Origin: Eledone cirrhosa
Lineage: Eukaryota
DNA length: 64,000 nt
Assembly (NCBI GenBank): GCA_964016885.1
Contig: OZ024747.1
Span: forward strand, 37,262,001-37,326,000
Direction of reading: 5' to 3'
How positions within the stretch are numbered: the first letter of the stretch is position 1; every line of letters begins with the position of its first letter. The translations under genes and the position numbers were made by a program. The notes below the pieces were generated by a model that was given only the letters and a program-made list of their open reading frames with translations, ran no database searches and was not told where the DNA came from. Positions 1 through 16,450 of the stretch are shown here, piece after piece.

Positions 1-1700
1 CATGTTGATAGGCTAATAGAGAGAGGAAAGGTTTACTTACCTCCCGGAGTGTTGTGGAGGTCGGGTGGTTTGACCTCTATTGTTGGTGGGGTTTCCATTA
101 GGAACCCTTTTAGGAGCCTACTCGTGGCTTTTACATTATGTGTTCCCACGTCGTCGGGAAAGATTTCCCTAATATCTTTATAAGTTTGTATTGGCATCCG
201 CACCAAGAGCAGTGTTTGGGGCACAATGAGGGAACAGGTGCCAAAAATCTCTCCCTCTTTCTCAATGTCTTTACTTCGTGGCCATTAGTTGTTTGTTGGC
301 CTTCCTTAGTAACACCCAGTTTGGTGTGTCTGTTATTGTTGGTGTCTACGTCTGTTTTCTTTTGTTTGGAATGACTTGTGCTTGTGCTGGTGTTGTTGAC
401 GGTCGTGGAGTCAGTATTGCTGTGGGTGTGTTTTGTGTGCTTGTTGTGTGTGGATTTTTATTTTTATTTTTGTGCTTCTCTTTTGCTTTGTAGGTTTGGG
501 GGGTTTCGCCTCATCTTCCCTCGGAGAAATGGAGGAACTGGTGTCTGGGGACTCTGTGTCAGAGGGGAGTGGGTGTGTAAGTTTTGCTCTTTGTCTATGT
601 GTTTGTAAAAGGAGGGAGGGAGAGCTTGTTTGAGCGACAACCTGGTTGGATTTAATTATCCTTGTTGTTAATGGTGCTGTTTCATTTTCTGTTGCTGCTG
701 GTGTTGTCCCTCCTCCCGACACCTTTGTTGGCAGCAACGGAGGTTTGCGGCCCCCTGCAGTTTTCAATTGAGGGCAAAAGGCTCTCAGGTGTGTGGTGAA
801 GTCACACACGAAAGAATGCGGTCTTTTGCCCTCCGTGACTACCTGGATTTCGTGCCCGTCTGATAGTTTGATGTGATCCGGACCGCCGCCCCCCTCTCTC
901 TCTCTCTCTTTGTAAATTTAATGTCGAGGAGGCTGTCAGGGCCCTCTACCGCCACGCATCCCAGAAGCCACCATAAATCCAGTCTTGGTAGAATCCATCC
1001 TGGGAACACGGACCCTTACTGTTCTCCTCCCCATGTAGGACCGGTACAAAATGATTTGGTCCGTTTTTCAATGGACCACAGAATGCTTTATAGCAAGGGC
1101 GTCAGTTTTGAAAAGCACCAAGATGCTCCCAAATTGTCTGGCCCTTGTTATATGGTCTCTATCATCATTTCAGTGCTGCCTCTATCTGTCCTTAGGAGGC
1201 ATTCTCGACTTTTCGATATTTGACCGAAATACATCGATATTTCAAAGTTCTCCTCTCCTTTGCTGCCATTAGCTCTGTCAGGACCTTTAAATTGACCCAA
1301 CTTTTTTCTTTTTCTCTGTAAGGTCGAAATCGTACAGCGTTTGGCTCTTTGCTATTGTGGCCGCGAAAGTACTGTTTTTGATGATGCTGTTGTTGTTGTC
1401 CTTATTTTTGTAGTTGCTGTTTTGCTGTTTTTCATTGACTAAATTGTTGTTGGTGCAGTCGTCGCTCTTGTTGTTGTTGGTGTTGTCGTTGTTGTTGGTG
1501 TTTCCTTTGATGTTTGTTGCTGTGGTTGTACTTGTTGGTGTTGTTGCTGTTATTGCTGTTGCAGTTGGTTATATCTTTGGTGCTACTGTTGTTTCTCGGT
1601 GCAGTTGGTATTGTTGGTGCTGCCGCTGTTTATGTTCTTGTTAGTGGTGTTAATGTCATTGTTGTTTTCGTTGTCATTGTTTTCGTTTTCGTTGTTTAGT
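1..1700 (-). mobile_element. Decayed L1/Tx1-like non-LTR ORF1 (gag-like) fragment
   Basis: Minus-strand IKLSDGHEIQVVTEGKRPHSFVCDFTTHLRAFCPQ is homologous to the plus-strand ORF1 knuckle near 4060, with similar low-complexity N/T-rich flanks. Confidence 0.6.
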
Positions 1701-1885
1701 TGTTTTCGTTGCCAAAAGGTCCAAATATTATACAGTCACCCCTTCACAGGGCAAAGACGGAGATCTTACGACCCTTTTCAAAGAATGCAACTATTATTAT
1801 AAATGAAAATAAACAGAAAATTTCCCACTTTTGCGGAGCTCCAAAAAGACGTTTACATTGTCTGACAGCCAATAATAATAATAAT

Positions 1886-2063
1886 GGTTTCTACTTTTGG
1901 CACAAGGCCAGCAATTATCCCAATACATTACTGGTACTTTATTTTATCGACCCCGTAAGGATGAAAGGCAAAGTTAACCTCGGTGGGATTTGAACTCAGA
2001 ATGACAAGGGCCGTAACTCTATGCGTCAAAGCATGGCGTTCGACCCTCTACCGATACTGCCAA
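1886..2063 (-). mobile_element. tRNA-derived SINE (abundant family)
   Basis: Minus strand has A-box-like TGGCAGTATCGG, B-box GAGTTCAAATCC, core gcctttcatccttacggggtcgataaa and an (ATT)n tail. Confidence 0.85.
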
Positions 2064-2432
2064 ATGCTTTCTTTATTAACCATAAGGGTTGACATAAAGT
2101 ATAACATTAAGGACAGCACAGGACGGTACAAATGGCCATTTCTTCGTGTAGAGAAAAATGACAATAACAAAGGAAATGACAAAAAAAAATAAACAAAGAA
2201 AATTCCCCAATAGCGGGGGGGGGGGGGGGTCGAGCGACATTCGTGCAGAAAGCCTATTAAAAAAACCACGGTGACCCTGACCACCAGGGCAAGTGCCCTC
2301 TCCCAGTTTTTGCCTGCCCTTCCCGGTTAAAGGAAGATGGCGGAGCAATCCTCACGATGGACTCAACTGATAGCCGGATCCGACCTACACGCGACAGAAG
2401 GTGTTCGAGATAAACCCACAAATCAGCAATGC

Positions 2433-2460
<28 letters not shown>

Positions 2461-2463
<3 letters not shown>

Positions 2464-2643
2464 TGTTTCTACGTTAGGCACAAGGCCAGCAATTACCCAG
2501 TACATTACTGGTACTTTATTTTATCGACCCCGTAAGGATGAAAGGCAAAGTTAACCTCGACGTGATTTGAACTCAGACTGTAAAGGGACGAAACTATGCT
2601 AGAAAGCATGGCGTCCAACCATCTACCGATACTGCCAATTCAC
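2461..2643 (-). mobile_element. tRNA-derived SINE
   Basis: Same family as 1886-2063. Confidence 0.85.
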
Positions 2644-2644
2644 A

Positions 2645-3340
2645 ACAAGGATTGATATTAAGTATAACATTAAGAACAGCACACGACGGTACAAATGGGC
2701 ATTTCTGCGTGTAAAGAAAAAAACAAAGAAAATGACAAAAAAGAAACAAAGGAAAATTCCCCAATAGGGGGGGAGTCTTCCGAGGGACACTCGTGGAGAA
2801 AGCCCATTAAAAAGCCACGGTGACCCTGACCGCCAGAGCAAGTGCCCTCTCCCAGTTTTCCACCTCCAGACTACAGGCGCATGATCAGAGCAGGCCCATT
2901 TACTCGGGCCATGCTTGCCTCTCTCACCCATCTTTCAAAAAGTTGCTGGGAAGAGAGCACTTCCTTCTCCACCCTGATTTTCCTTTTCAAATGAAATTTG
3001 AAAAAGTTATTCCGAAGAGGTAAGTGCTCGTATTCAGCCCTTTCAAACGTGTCCACCACACCACATCTTTCGCTATGGTCACCAGACAGATAAAAACTGT
3101 CTGCCCTTCCTGGCTAAAGGAAGGGGGTGGGGAAATCCTGTCGATGAACTCAGCTGATAGCCGGATCCGTCCTACACGCGACAGCAGGTGTTCAACATAA
3201 AACCCAAGTCAGCAATGCTCAGACACTATACGAGTGCATGCAGGACGATTTCGTACCCTGCGTGCATCTCGGACAGGCCCGGCTAAAGGCACTTCCATGC
3301 CTGTAAAGTTTATCATGAATTGGCAAAGCTCCCCGGTAGT
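2645..3340 (-). mobile_element. 3' end of L1/Tx1-like ORF2 (zinc-binding C-terminus) and 3' UTR
   Basis: RGALPIHDKLYRHG...CPRC...H...WVYVEHLLSRVGRI...VWWTR with frameshifts. A related, internally deleted copy is at about 2075-2432. Confidence 0.7.
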
Positions 3341-6300
3341 ACTGCCAGGTCGTACACCACTGACACCACCACCACCACCACAGTAACAACTGAAACAAAA
3401 AATAATAACAAAAATAACAATAACAACAATAGCAACAACAGCAACAATAAGAATAACAACAACAACACCAGCTCGAAACCAAATGTGTTCTTTGCGGCGA
3501 ACAAGTACGAAACGATTGAGATAAGCCAGGAAGAACTGGATGAGGCCAGGCGAATGGTGAAGTTAAATGGTTACAGGGTCAGCCTCACTCCTCCATCAAA
3601 TACCATGCAGCATCGCCGCCTATGTACTGTATAATTCTGCACGATCAATATAAAAGCACGCCGAGTGGAGCGGGCATCCGGTCCCAGATCCAAAAAGCTT
3701 TAGGACATGTGTGGGCTCAAAAAACCCACATTAGACGTGGACAAAGATATCGGACCGTGGATGTATTCTTTGGAACCCCACAGGAAGCCAGAGAGCACTC
3801 CATGATCCCACTAAAAAGTGACGAGTTCGTCCCAAGCTACTGTGGACAGTGGCTCGTAAGAGTAATGCTGATGGCTGCCGCCCTCGCCAACATCGAGGCC
3901 GATACAAATGTGATCGGGGTGATTAGAATAAAACAGGAGAACTGATCTGGATCTGGAATGGAGCTCCTAATTCAAGCGGACCAGAAGAACATCCAAGAGA
4001 TTCCAGAAGAGATAGACCTCGATGACGGCAGCCACCTCACCGTAATCGTTGAAGGCCTAGGTGTGTCATTTGTGGCGAGGGAACCCACCTAATGGCTTTC
4101 TGCCCTCAGAGACTGGCTAAAAAATTAAGGCCACCTCTCCTGCTCGCCCCGCTGGCTCAACCATCAAAACCAGCAGCAGAAACTGTAGTAGCAACGGTAG
4201 CAAGACCAACATCCACCCCCACCCCCACCCCGCACCCCACCACCACCACGCCAGAAGTAGCACCAACGCCTCCACCATCCACCACGCCACAACCAACACC
4301 AACACCTGTGGAGGACATTCCACTCCCCAACCTGTTACAACTGGAGACAGACTGTGACGAGGAAGGGTGGAAAATTGTATCTGGAAAAAAAAGACCAGAA
4401 AAGAAAGAATCCTCTTCCTTCGCCCCCCCCCCCCCCCCCAATAGAGAGCGAAACAAACAAACTAACAAGAAAATTAAGACAGCTATGCCACATCCACACT
4501 AGCATCACCAGCCCCATTACCACAAACACCAACACCATCACCATCATCAACCCCAACACCACCATCACAAACACCACAAAAATCACCAAAAAGTGAAACA
4601 GAAACAAACCCACAACAAACGCAAACAAAACAAAGCAACCAAACCGATAGACACTACACACCATTAAATTTGAACAACCAATTATTACACTACATCCAAC
4701 ACAGCACCAGCAGCACAGAAAAAGACTACACAACACCCCAAAAATTCACGCGTATCACACAGAAAACACACAACATTAAAATTAAAATTCCCCAAGGACA
4801 TCGGAGATTTCCGGCAAACACTTTCCATGAGGATATATATAAAGACATCCTTCCGGAGGGGGCCACAAACATTCAGAAGGACGGAAAACACCATCCTTCC
4901 TCTACGAGAAGTGAGGTAAGTGGTCTTTCCCATCTTTTGCCATTTCTTTTTAACATGACCTTATTCAGAATAGACAGCATAAATGCGCGTGGCCTGGGGC
5001 TCGTCGTGGAACCAGGGTCATCTGCTCAACGACCTCAGGTCATTGAACATAGATGTGGTGGCCATCAGCGAGACCAGAATTTCCGAGCCACGTGCCTTCG
5101 CATCCATCTTCGGTGGTTACGATGTGTACGCATCTCAAAGCCGACCGGGAGCGGGAGGCGAAGTCGCTGTATTGTTTTGGAAAGGCCTGGATCTCGTGAT
5201 ACGGACCATCTCCCTGGACCCAAAAGGTAAGTCGGTGGTGCTGAACGTGACCAGCAGCGAAGACTATGCTTTTAGGAAAGTGGTTGTTTATGCCCCGACA
5301 GGGGGAGGACATCTTGATTGCTTCAGGCGACTGGAGACCTGCCTAGGAACGTCCCGCTCTTTAATGTTAGTGGGCGATTGGAGCGGGATCTTGGGTGCAC
5401 GCTGGGATTGTGTGCAATTAGCGGACAGGGGAGGATGGTGTAAAAGCCTCGCAAACCTGCTCAGATATTTCCAACTGTCTGACAGGTTCCGACTTGATTT
5501 CCTGAATGTGCCAATGTGGACAGGGACAAACCGCATCGGGTCATCCAGATCGTATCTAGATATAGTATTTTATAAGGAAATAGATAGTTCTAGCATAGGT
5601 TGTCCACAATTCAAAATATTCGATTACACAGACCACAAATTCGTGATCTGTGTGGTCGACTTAGATAGGTTTCATAGACAGCGACACGGCTACTGGAAGC
5701 GAAATGCGTCGTTGACAGCGCTCAAAGGCTACAGAGACTGAATTAGCGAACTAGTTAAGCAGGCGTTGACTGGGACAATTGTCAACAACAAATGGTGGTT
5801 CACCCTGAAAAGGGCGATTAGAATGGAGTCCGTTAGGTTTAGTAAGGCGTTAGCAACAGAGAAAAATAGAGCAGAGGTAGAACTAGTTAGACAATTAGAC
5901 GATGCGCTTAGTAAAGGCATTGTGGACGACGTGCTTGCGGCGAAATTAGCCCTCAACCAGCACGCAGGCTGCGTTGTCAGAGCTAGGGCGCGTACTTTCA
6001 GAAACGAGGGGACGAAAGCCGTTCGATGGGCCCGAGTGGCGGAGGCGCGTCGTGGCAACAAAGCGATGATCCGGTCTTTGGAGGACCACGACGGGCGCAT
6101 GTTACTCGAACCCGAGCAAATGGCTGCGGTTTTTCAGCGTTGCGAAAAGCCGATTTCAGCCGCTGAAATACTGGTAGCAATGACTGACTGCACGGTGGGT
6201 AAATCGCCTGGTTTTGATGTCTGCCCTACTAGCCTTACGTACACATACCAGACTTGTTCGGCGACCTCTTGGCGGATGTCTACTACAACTGGCAGCAGAA

Positions 6301-6360
6301 CGGGAGAATTCCCAGCTCTGTGAGCCGAGGAGCGGTATCACTGCTGAAAAGGACCTGAAT
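3340..6360 (+). mobile_element. L1/Tx1-like non-LTR retrotransposon: ORF1 (CCHC) and ORF2 APE endonuclease to RT start, pseudogenised
   Basis: CVICGEGTHLMAFC zinc knuckle. ORF2 motifs SINARGL, ISET, VYAP, LVGDWS, SYLDIV, TDHK, GYWK, GKSPG-D. Multiple stops and frameshifts. Confidence 0.85.
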
Positions 6361-6365
6361 AATAA

Positions 6366-6550
6366 AAATTGTTTCTACTTTTGGCACAAGGCCAGCAATT
6401 ATCCCAGTGTATTACTGGTACTTTATTTTATCGACCCCGTAAGGATGAAAGGCAAAGTTAACCTCGACGGGATTTGAACTCAGAATGGCAAGGGATGTAA
6501 CCTGAATAATAATAATTGTATCGACCCCGTAAGGATAAAAGGCAAAGTCA
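6366..6550 (-). mobile_element. Two 5'-truncated SINE copies in series
   Basis: SINE core at 6368-6499 and 6516-6550, separated by repeated ACCTGAATAATAA. Confidence 0.8.
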
Positions 6551-7045
6551 ACCTGAATAATAATAATAATATAAAAACAGACAAAAATGTTGACGAATAC
6601 TTATATGTAAAATGCAGTAACGCAAAAACAGTGTTTAATTATTATTCCTTTTTCGCCTACCATAAATTATGTATTGAAACTTTAAAACTGACCACTAGTT
6701 GTGCACTGCACAACTCAAAAGAAACAGCGGACACATTCAGCCCAACACCACAAGCAATATCAACAATAATAACAATAACAAAGAATTTTATTATTTTATT
6801 CAATTAACTTGCTTCTGTCCTTGGATTGCGGCCAGCCGGGCTTGGGAAACACCATCGAGTATTTTAGTGGGCTTAAATCAAATCCATTACATTTTGTTAG
6901 TACTTTGTTGGCTGCCAGATGAAGCAAGAGAAATAAAGCTGATACTTCGAAGTCACTGCCACATTCTGTTTACAAGTATTAAGTTGTCGTTCGTTTAATG
7001 TTTGAATGGTTCAAGAATAATAAGGTATTTCTTAAACATCCTTAG

Positions 7046-7168
<123 letters not shown>

Positions 7169-7574
7169 GGTTTGTTGGTTCATCACTGGATAGAACTGGT
7201 CATTCCGTATGGTCAACCTCGATGTAATATTATGGCGAGCAGTCAACGTAATACAACTCACCCGTCTTCGTTTGTGTAGTTGGTGGAGCGAGTACGGAGT
7301 TAATTATTATAAAATAACAGGAGGCTGGACTGGTGTAATTCCTTAAAAGGTTTATTATACTATGATCATTTCAATGACCGGGTTCAGTATGAATCCGGTG
7401 ACATCAGATTCGAAATATAACAAAGGAATATAATAAACAAAATCCATGGGGCTGAAAATCAGAGACATGAGGGCAACAGAACATTTAGCAGCTACTACCC
7501 CGGTCGGCCGCCCTCAGGTGGTGATTATTAAGCCTACCTATGTCCATCCAGCGAAGGGGCGTAGGCTTATAGTG

Positions 7575-9244
<1,670 letters not shown>

Positions 9245-9315
9245 TACGTATATACATATACATGTATATATATATATATATATATAGTTATGTAATAAAC
9301 AACATAAGGCAATTA

Positions 9316-9376
9316 TTTCATTTACCAGTGGTTTCTTAAAAGCAAACAAATTTAGCTTTCAATCATCAGAATGAAA
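9316..9376 (-). ncRNA. Type I hammerhead with canonical CUGAUGA core
   Basis: uuucauu-CUGAUGA-uugaaagc...gcuuuuaa-GAAA-cc acu gg-UA-aaugaaa. A decayed inverted copy (GAAA to GUAA) lies at about 9587-9647. Confidence 0.75.
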
Positions 9377-9745
9377 AAGTCCTGGTGTATTTATTGGCGA
9401 TGGATTTTAAAAACAAAAATATAATCTATATGAAAGTGAGGCTGGAAAAGGAAGATGGAAAGGAAAAATAAAAACACACATGCAAACACACACACAATTA
9501 TATACATACACATATATATATACATACACACATACATACACACACATATATACACACACACACACACATATATATATATGGATTTTTTTCATTCTGATGA
9601 TTGAAAGCAAAATTTGTTTGCTTTTAAGTAATCAGTGGTAAATGAAATAATTGCCTTATGTTGTTTATTACATAACTATTAAGCTCTGTTACCTACATAG
9701 AGCACTCTTTTTTTCCTGGACTTTTCCGACGGAATTACTTCATTT

Positions 9746-11325
<1,580 letters not shown>

Positions 11326-11349
11326 ATACTATATATGTATGTATATATG

Positions 11350-11448
11350 CATGGGGTCCTAAAATATGTATACACACTTTAACAGCATTCTAATAAATAT
11401 TGCCTGTGCAGATAATCGAAGTGTGTTTACATTTTTTGGGACACCCTG
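11350..11448. mobile_element. Tc1/mariner-type MITE (short, decayed)
   Basis: Right end reads CAGGGTGTCCCAAAA on the minus strand next to TA; degenerate left TIR. Confidence 0.5.
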
Positions 11449-11454
11449 TATATG

Positions 11455-11517
<63 letters not shown>

Positions 11518-12366
11518 ACACAAAGAAAAGATGCAATGCTCAGGCAAATCATAAAAGCGACAAATGTAAATGAACTCCAACCAAAATCTAACGGAAAACA
11601 TGAGTGGAATAGCAACATCACAACTAGTAATTAAGGACAAAATGAAGACATACAGACACACACAAAATTCAATCTAACAAAACAAATCATACACACAGAT
11701 AGAACAAACAACCAACTAGTGAAAAATAAATAAATACATAAATAAATAAATAAAAACACACACACACACACGGATGTAACGCATGCGCAAACTAAGCACA
11801 CAACACACAAAAACAAGATAGTGTAGGACAGAACAAAGGAGAGACACATAAAATAAAAACCTAGTCACTGAGGAGGTCACAGAATGTGTGACAATATATA
11901 AACAACCTTCCGGTTATCGAACCAACCAACCGGAAATGTATAATAAATTGAAGTGAACCAACAGGTGCGTGTGTTTTTATTGGCAACATGATCCTCCCAA
12001 AGTATAACAAAATATATATATATAGAGAGAGAGAGGGGGGGGGCGGAGATGCGGTAAAGTATACACAAATTCTTGTGCTGACTTGTATGGCAGGCCATTA
12101 TCAAACTAATATAAAAGCATATAGACAGAGCTATCAATGCTCCATAAATCAATGAATTGCAAAATATAGCAGTAAATAGCATTCATCTCACATCTTACTA
12201 TCATTTTTGAAATGATTGATTTCATTTGAAAATCTACTCCTAGATACATAATATCTGAACAAATGATGAAATATAATATCTGAGTAAATGGTGTGATAAT
12301 GGCTGAAATGCCTGTTATCAAATGTTTACTCGATAAAGACAGACTAGATCCTGTGTGTGTCTAGAA

Positions 12367-12631
12367 AAGCGTTTCTCAACCACGTTACCCGTGTGGAACC
12401 CTTAAAATAGTGTTCATGTCTCAGGGAACTCCTGCATAAAAATTATTATATGCCATTATTAATATATATATCTTTTTGAGGGTGAAACCTTTATTATAAT
12501 AACTAAGGATTTTCCAACAATATGCCGTATGTGTACAGTAAAATTACGAGTATAAAATTAAACAAACATTACTCAAAATTACATTAGCTTATTTATCACT
12601 GTATCTCGGGAACACCGGTTGAGAAATGCTG
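12367..12631. mobile_element. hAT (Charlie-like) MITE
   Basis: TIRs aagcgtttctcaacc / ggttgagaaatgctg. Perfect 8-bp TSD GTCTAGAA at 12359-12366 and 12632-12639. Confidence 0.88.
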
Positions 12632-13373
12632 GTCTAGAACCTTTAAAAAAGATAAACCATGACAGAACTGGTATTGACTGCACAGAGGTACAATATATTT
12701 AAATCATTCGATATTTGAAGCCAGAATTAATTAACCAAAAATTGCAGTTAATGTCGATCAGTTAATAAGCAATGAATATAGCATTGAGTGCAGATCGATA
12801 TCAGAATCACATTTTTGAAGACTGTTATACGATGATGTACTTTTGAAATGATGTAGTTTGCTTTGTAGACATAATTCTTCACTCAAGATATTGTTACTAA
12901 CAAATTGCAGAATATTAACTTGATCTAATTGAGTTACCCGTGCTATTCTTTGCTAATCTTATATTGAAGTTCTACATTTTGTCTACGAAATTTCTACATT
13001 TCTATCAAAAATGTCTAAACCCGAACGAAAATATTAAATCATGTTTAATGCTTCCATTTCTAAAGCAAGATATCATGAAGTAAAATTATTCGTAATATTC
13101 CAATATAGGATTATTGAATGGAATAAGATTCTAACTTCCATTAAACTAGCAACAAACTATAAACTGCTAAATTTTAAGATTAAGAGAAATTTCCAAAATT
13201 GAACCGAAACTAAATTTTCTATAATTTTCTCACATATCTTTTACGTGAATTGAGGTGTCGCAACAGACCGAATTTTGCAAATTGTATAGCGTTTTGGAAT
13301 AGGAAAAACGTATATTATATTGATGTATGTGATGGTATGGATGACTGCGTGAATATGTGCGATAATCACATAG

Positions 13374-13454
<81 letters not shown>

Positions 13455-13750
13455 GGAAAAGATCAGAGAGAAAGAGAGACAGACAGACAAACAGATAGAT
13501 AAAATAGACCGATACACTGATGGACTGACAGACGGACGGTTAGATGGATAGGTTTGTAGGTGGAGAGAGAAAGATAGCGAGGGAGAAAGAAAAATGGGGC
13601 TTTGTCTACATCAGTAGGTATAAGAAAACTAATTCATGTATGTATAGAGAGTTTCATAAATACTCAAGCATTTTTTATATGAATATTCATATATACCATT
13701 AACAATTTGTTCATACCTCATAGACATATGCGTACTCACATAGTGGAATT

Positions 13751-13867
<117 letters not shown>

Positions 13868-14049
13868 ATGCGTGTGTGTGCGTGTGTGTGTGTGCGTACG
13901 TGTCTGTGTGTGACATGGGAGGACTTTGGAATCCAACTGTGGATAAGCAACTGAAGTATTCTGGCAGATCATCATCACGAGATGGAGAGATTACCTTGCT
14001 AATTTTCTATTTTCGGTCACAAAAACCTGAGGTGCAAATAGGGGCGAAG

Positions 14050-15320
14050 ACGAAACTCTTGTATGATGAGGTCACCAGAGCAATATCTTCTACCTTCACT
14101 GAATTAGGACTTAGGATAACAGTAGCTACCAACCTCTCTAGCGTAGATTTCTTAGACATTAATTTAGACCTTCGCACATACAACTACAGACCCTTCCATA
14201 AGCTAAACGAAAAACTCAATTACATTCACAAGAACGCATGCCACCCTCCCACTGTTTTTAGAAACTTCGTAAATAATATCAGTACTAGAATCTCAAACCT
14301 CTCCTCTAATAAGGCTATCTTTGACAGGGCGGCGCCCTACTATAACACGGCGTTAGCTAACAGCAACCTATCACTTACTCTCCCACTAACAACAACAGCA
14401 ATAAGAAAAGAAATCGTAACAATAGACAAACTGTCTGGTTCTCTCCTCCCTTCTCACTCAACGTTAAAACCAATGTAGGCAAAATATTTCTAGTCCTCTT
14501 AGATAGACACTTTCCCATAGGTCATAAATACCGCTCCATCTTTAACCGACACAAAGTAAAACTAGGATACTCCTGCGCTAAGAACATGAAGGCCCACATC
14601 ACCAACAGCCCTAAGAGCAACACCCCACCAGGGTGCTCTTGCCGTAAGCCCGAAGCTTGTCCCCTTCAACAGCAATGCAACATACCCGCTGTAATTTATG
14701 AAGCTGTGGTCACTTCCAACCGACCAAATCAACCACAGGAGGTCAAATCCTATGTGGGTATGGCGGAGGGCCGATTTAAGGAACGCTTCCTGAACCACCA
14801 GTCGACCTTTAGGTACCCGGACAGACGTTCATCCACGAAACTCGCGAGCCACGTATGGTTCCTCACAGACTCAAGTATAGACTACTCCATTCAATGGAAA
14901 GCCATTACTAAGTCCAAGCAATACACAAGGGCAAATCTGTCGTGTGGACTATGTATTGATGAACGAATAAATATTCTAAAGAGATTATGCAATAGTGATT
15001 GCCTAAACACGAGAAATGAATTCTTCACACGTTGTCCACACGTCTCGAAACACCTCTTACATAACTACAAAGCTCCGGATTGAATCACAACAACATCCTA
15101 ATTTTCTTATCAACTAGAAACTTTTCGGACTTTCGCAGTTATCTCCCTTACACCTCTCGCACGCTTTTTAGTATTGACTGTGTGAAGTCACGGTTTCTGC
15201 CCATGCGCGTTCGCATGGTTGTCCTTCCTGTTACGTATAACGATGTCCATTACGAGCTGAGGATCTGCTAAGGTGAAACAATTGTTCTCGGTATCGTGAA
15301 CTAACTGTTGTGTAACCACT
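14050..15320 (+). mobile_element. 5'-truncated Penelope-like element (RT C-terminus plus GIY-YIG endonuclease)
   Basis: VDFLDINLDL, YIHK..CHPP, CSC..PEACPL, VIYEA..SYVG..E..FKERF.NH, CGLC..E. Hammerhead at 15251. Lies between (GT)n and (TA)n. Confidence 0.9.
15251..15293 (+). ncRNA. Minimal type I hammerhead downstream of a Penelope GIY-YIG ORF
   Basis: cgag-CUGAGGA-(ucugcuaaggu)-GAAA-caauug-UU-cucg. Palindromic stem III, weak stem II. Confidence 0.65.
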
Positions 15321-15735
15321 TCTATATATATATATATATATATAGTCTCAGAGATTGACAGGAGATTTTTTAATTTTTTAATTCTGAGAATCCTTTGGAT
15401 TTAAAAAAAAAAATTTATTTTTCTATTTTTTGAAAAGTATTTTGAACTTTGAAGATTTTTTTTTATTTTCCACCACAAAAAGACCTATGACAGACAGGTG
15501 GAAAACACACACAGACACACATACACACAAACACACACACCCACACACCCACATACACACCACAAACCCCACAATTTTGAAAAAACTTTTAAGTTTTGGG
15601 AATTTTTGTTTTTATTTCCCACCACAAATGGACCTCTGACAGACAGGCTGAAACACACACACACACACCATTAAACCCACACACAGGCTGAAACACACAC
15701 ATGCACATGTGTGTATTGCTATATATACACCCTCA

Positions 15736-15777
<42 letters not shown>

Positions 15778-16150
15778 TCCCTAAAACCATATCACAATAA
15801 TAGAATTTCTCTTACACTCCTGCTGTTGCCATAGAATTTACCTCTAACTTACAATTCCCCATCCTTTCTTTAACTGTTTACCAGTCAATTAACACATTTA
15901 GATATATACACACATATTTACAGGGTGTTTCCTTTGCCCCAAAAAAAACAACTTTCTTCTGTGAAGAAACATGGCTGCTGCTATCGTCACTACCACTTCT
16001 CTGTTAACAAGAATTCATTCTCCAGCCCAACTTTGAGCAAGAAAGATGGGAAAAATACTTACTCCAACACTTAATTTTAATTTTAAATCTTTAAATTTTA
16101 GTTTTTAACTCCTATTAATTCTTTTTAATTTTTTTATTTCAATACTCAAC

Positions 16151-16192
16151 ATTTGATAAGATGAATTTTAATAATACATCGAAACCGGTAAT
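16151..16192 (+). ncRNA. Minimal hammerhead (U3-A8), stem I eroded
   Basis: UUGAUAA-gaug...cauc-GAAA-ccgg-UA; only about 2 bp of stem I remain. Confidence 0.55.
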
Positions 16193-16249
16193 ACTTTATA
16201 TACATTATAAAACATTTTTTTAAAGAATTGTCCCTCTCATTTTTTCAAT

Positions 16250-16358
16250 AATTGTCTCTACTTTAGGCACAAGGCCAGCAATTACCCAGTGCATTACTGG
16301 TACTTTATTTTATCGACCCCGTAAGGATGAAAGGCAAAGTCAACCTCGGCGGGATTTT
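16250..16358 (-). mobile_element. 5'-truncated tRNA-derived SINE
   Basis: SINE core with an approximately 11-bp TSD TTTTCAATAAT. Confidence 0.8.
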
Positions 16359-16412
16359 CAATAATGTCACCTTTTCTCTATATCCACTGTTTTGTATAGA
16401 ACCTTACTTCCC

Positions 16413-16449
<37 letters not shown>

Positions 16450-16450
<1 letters not shown>

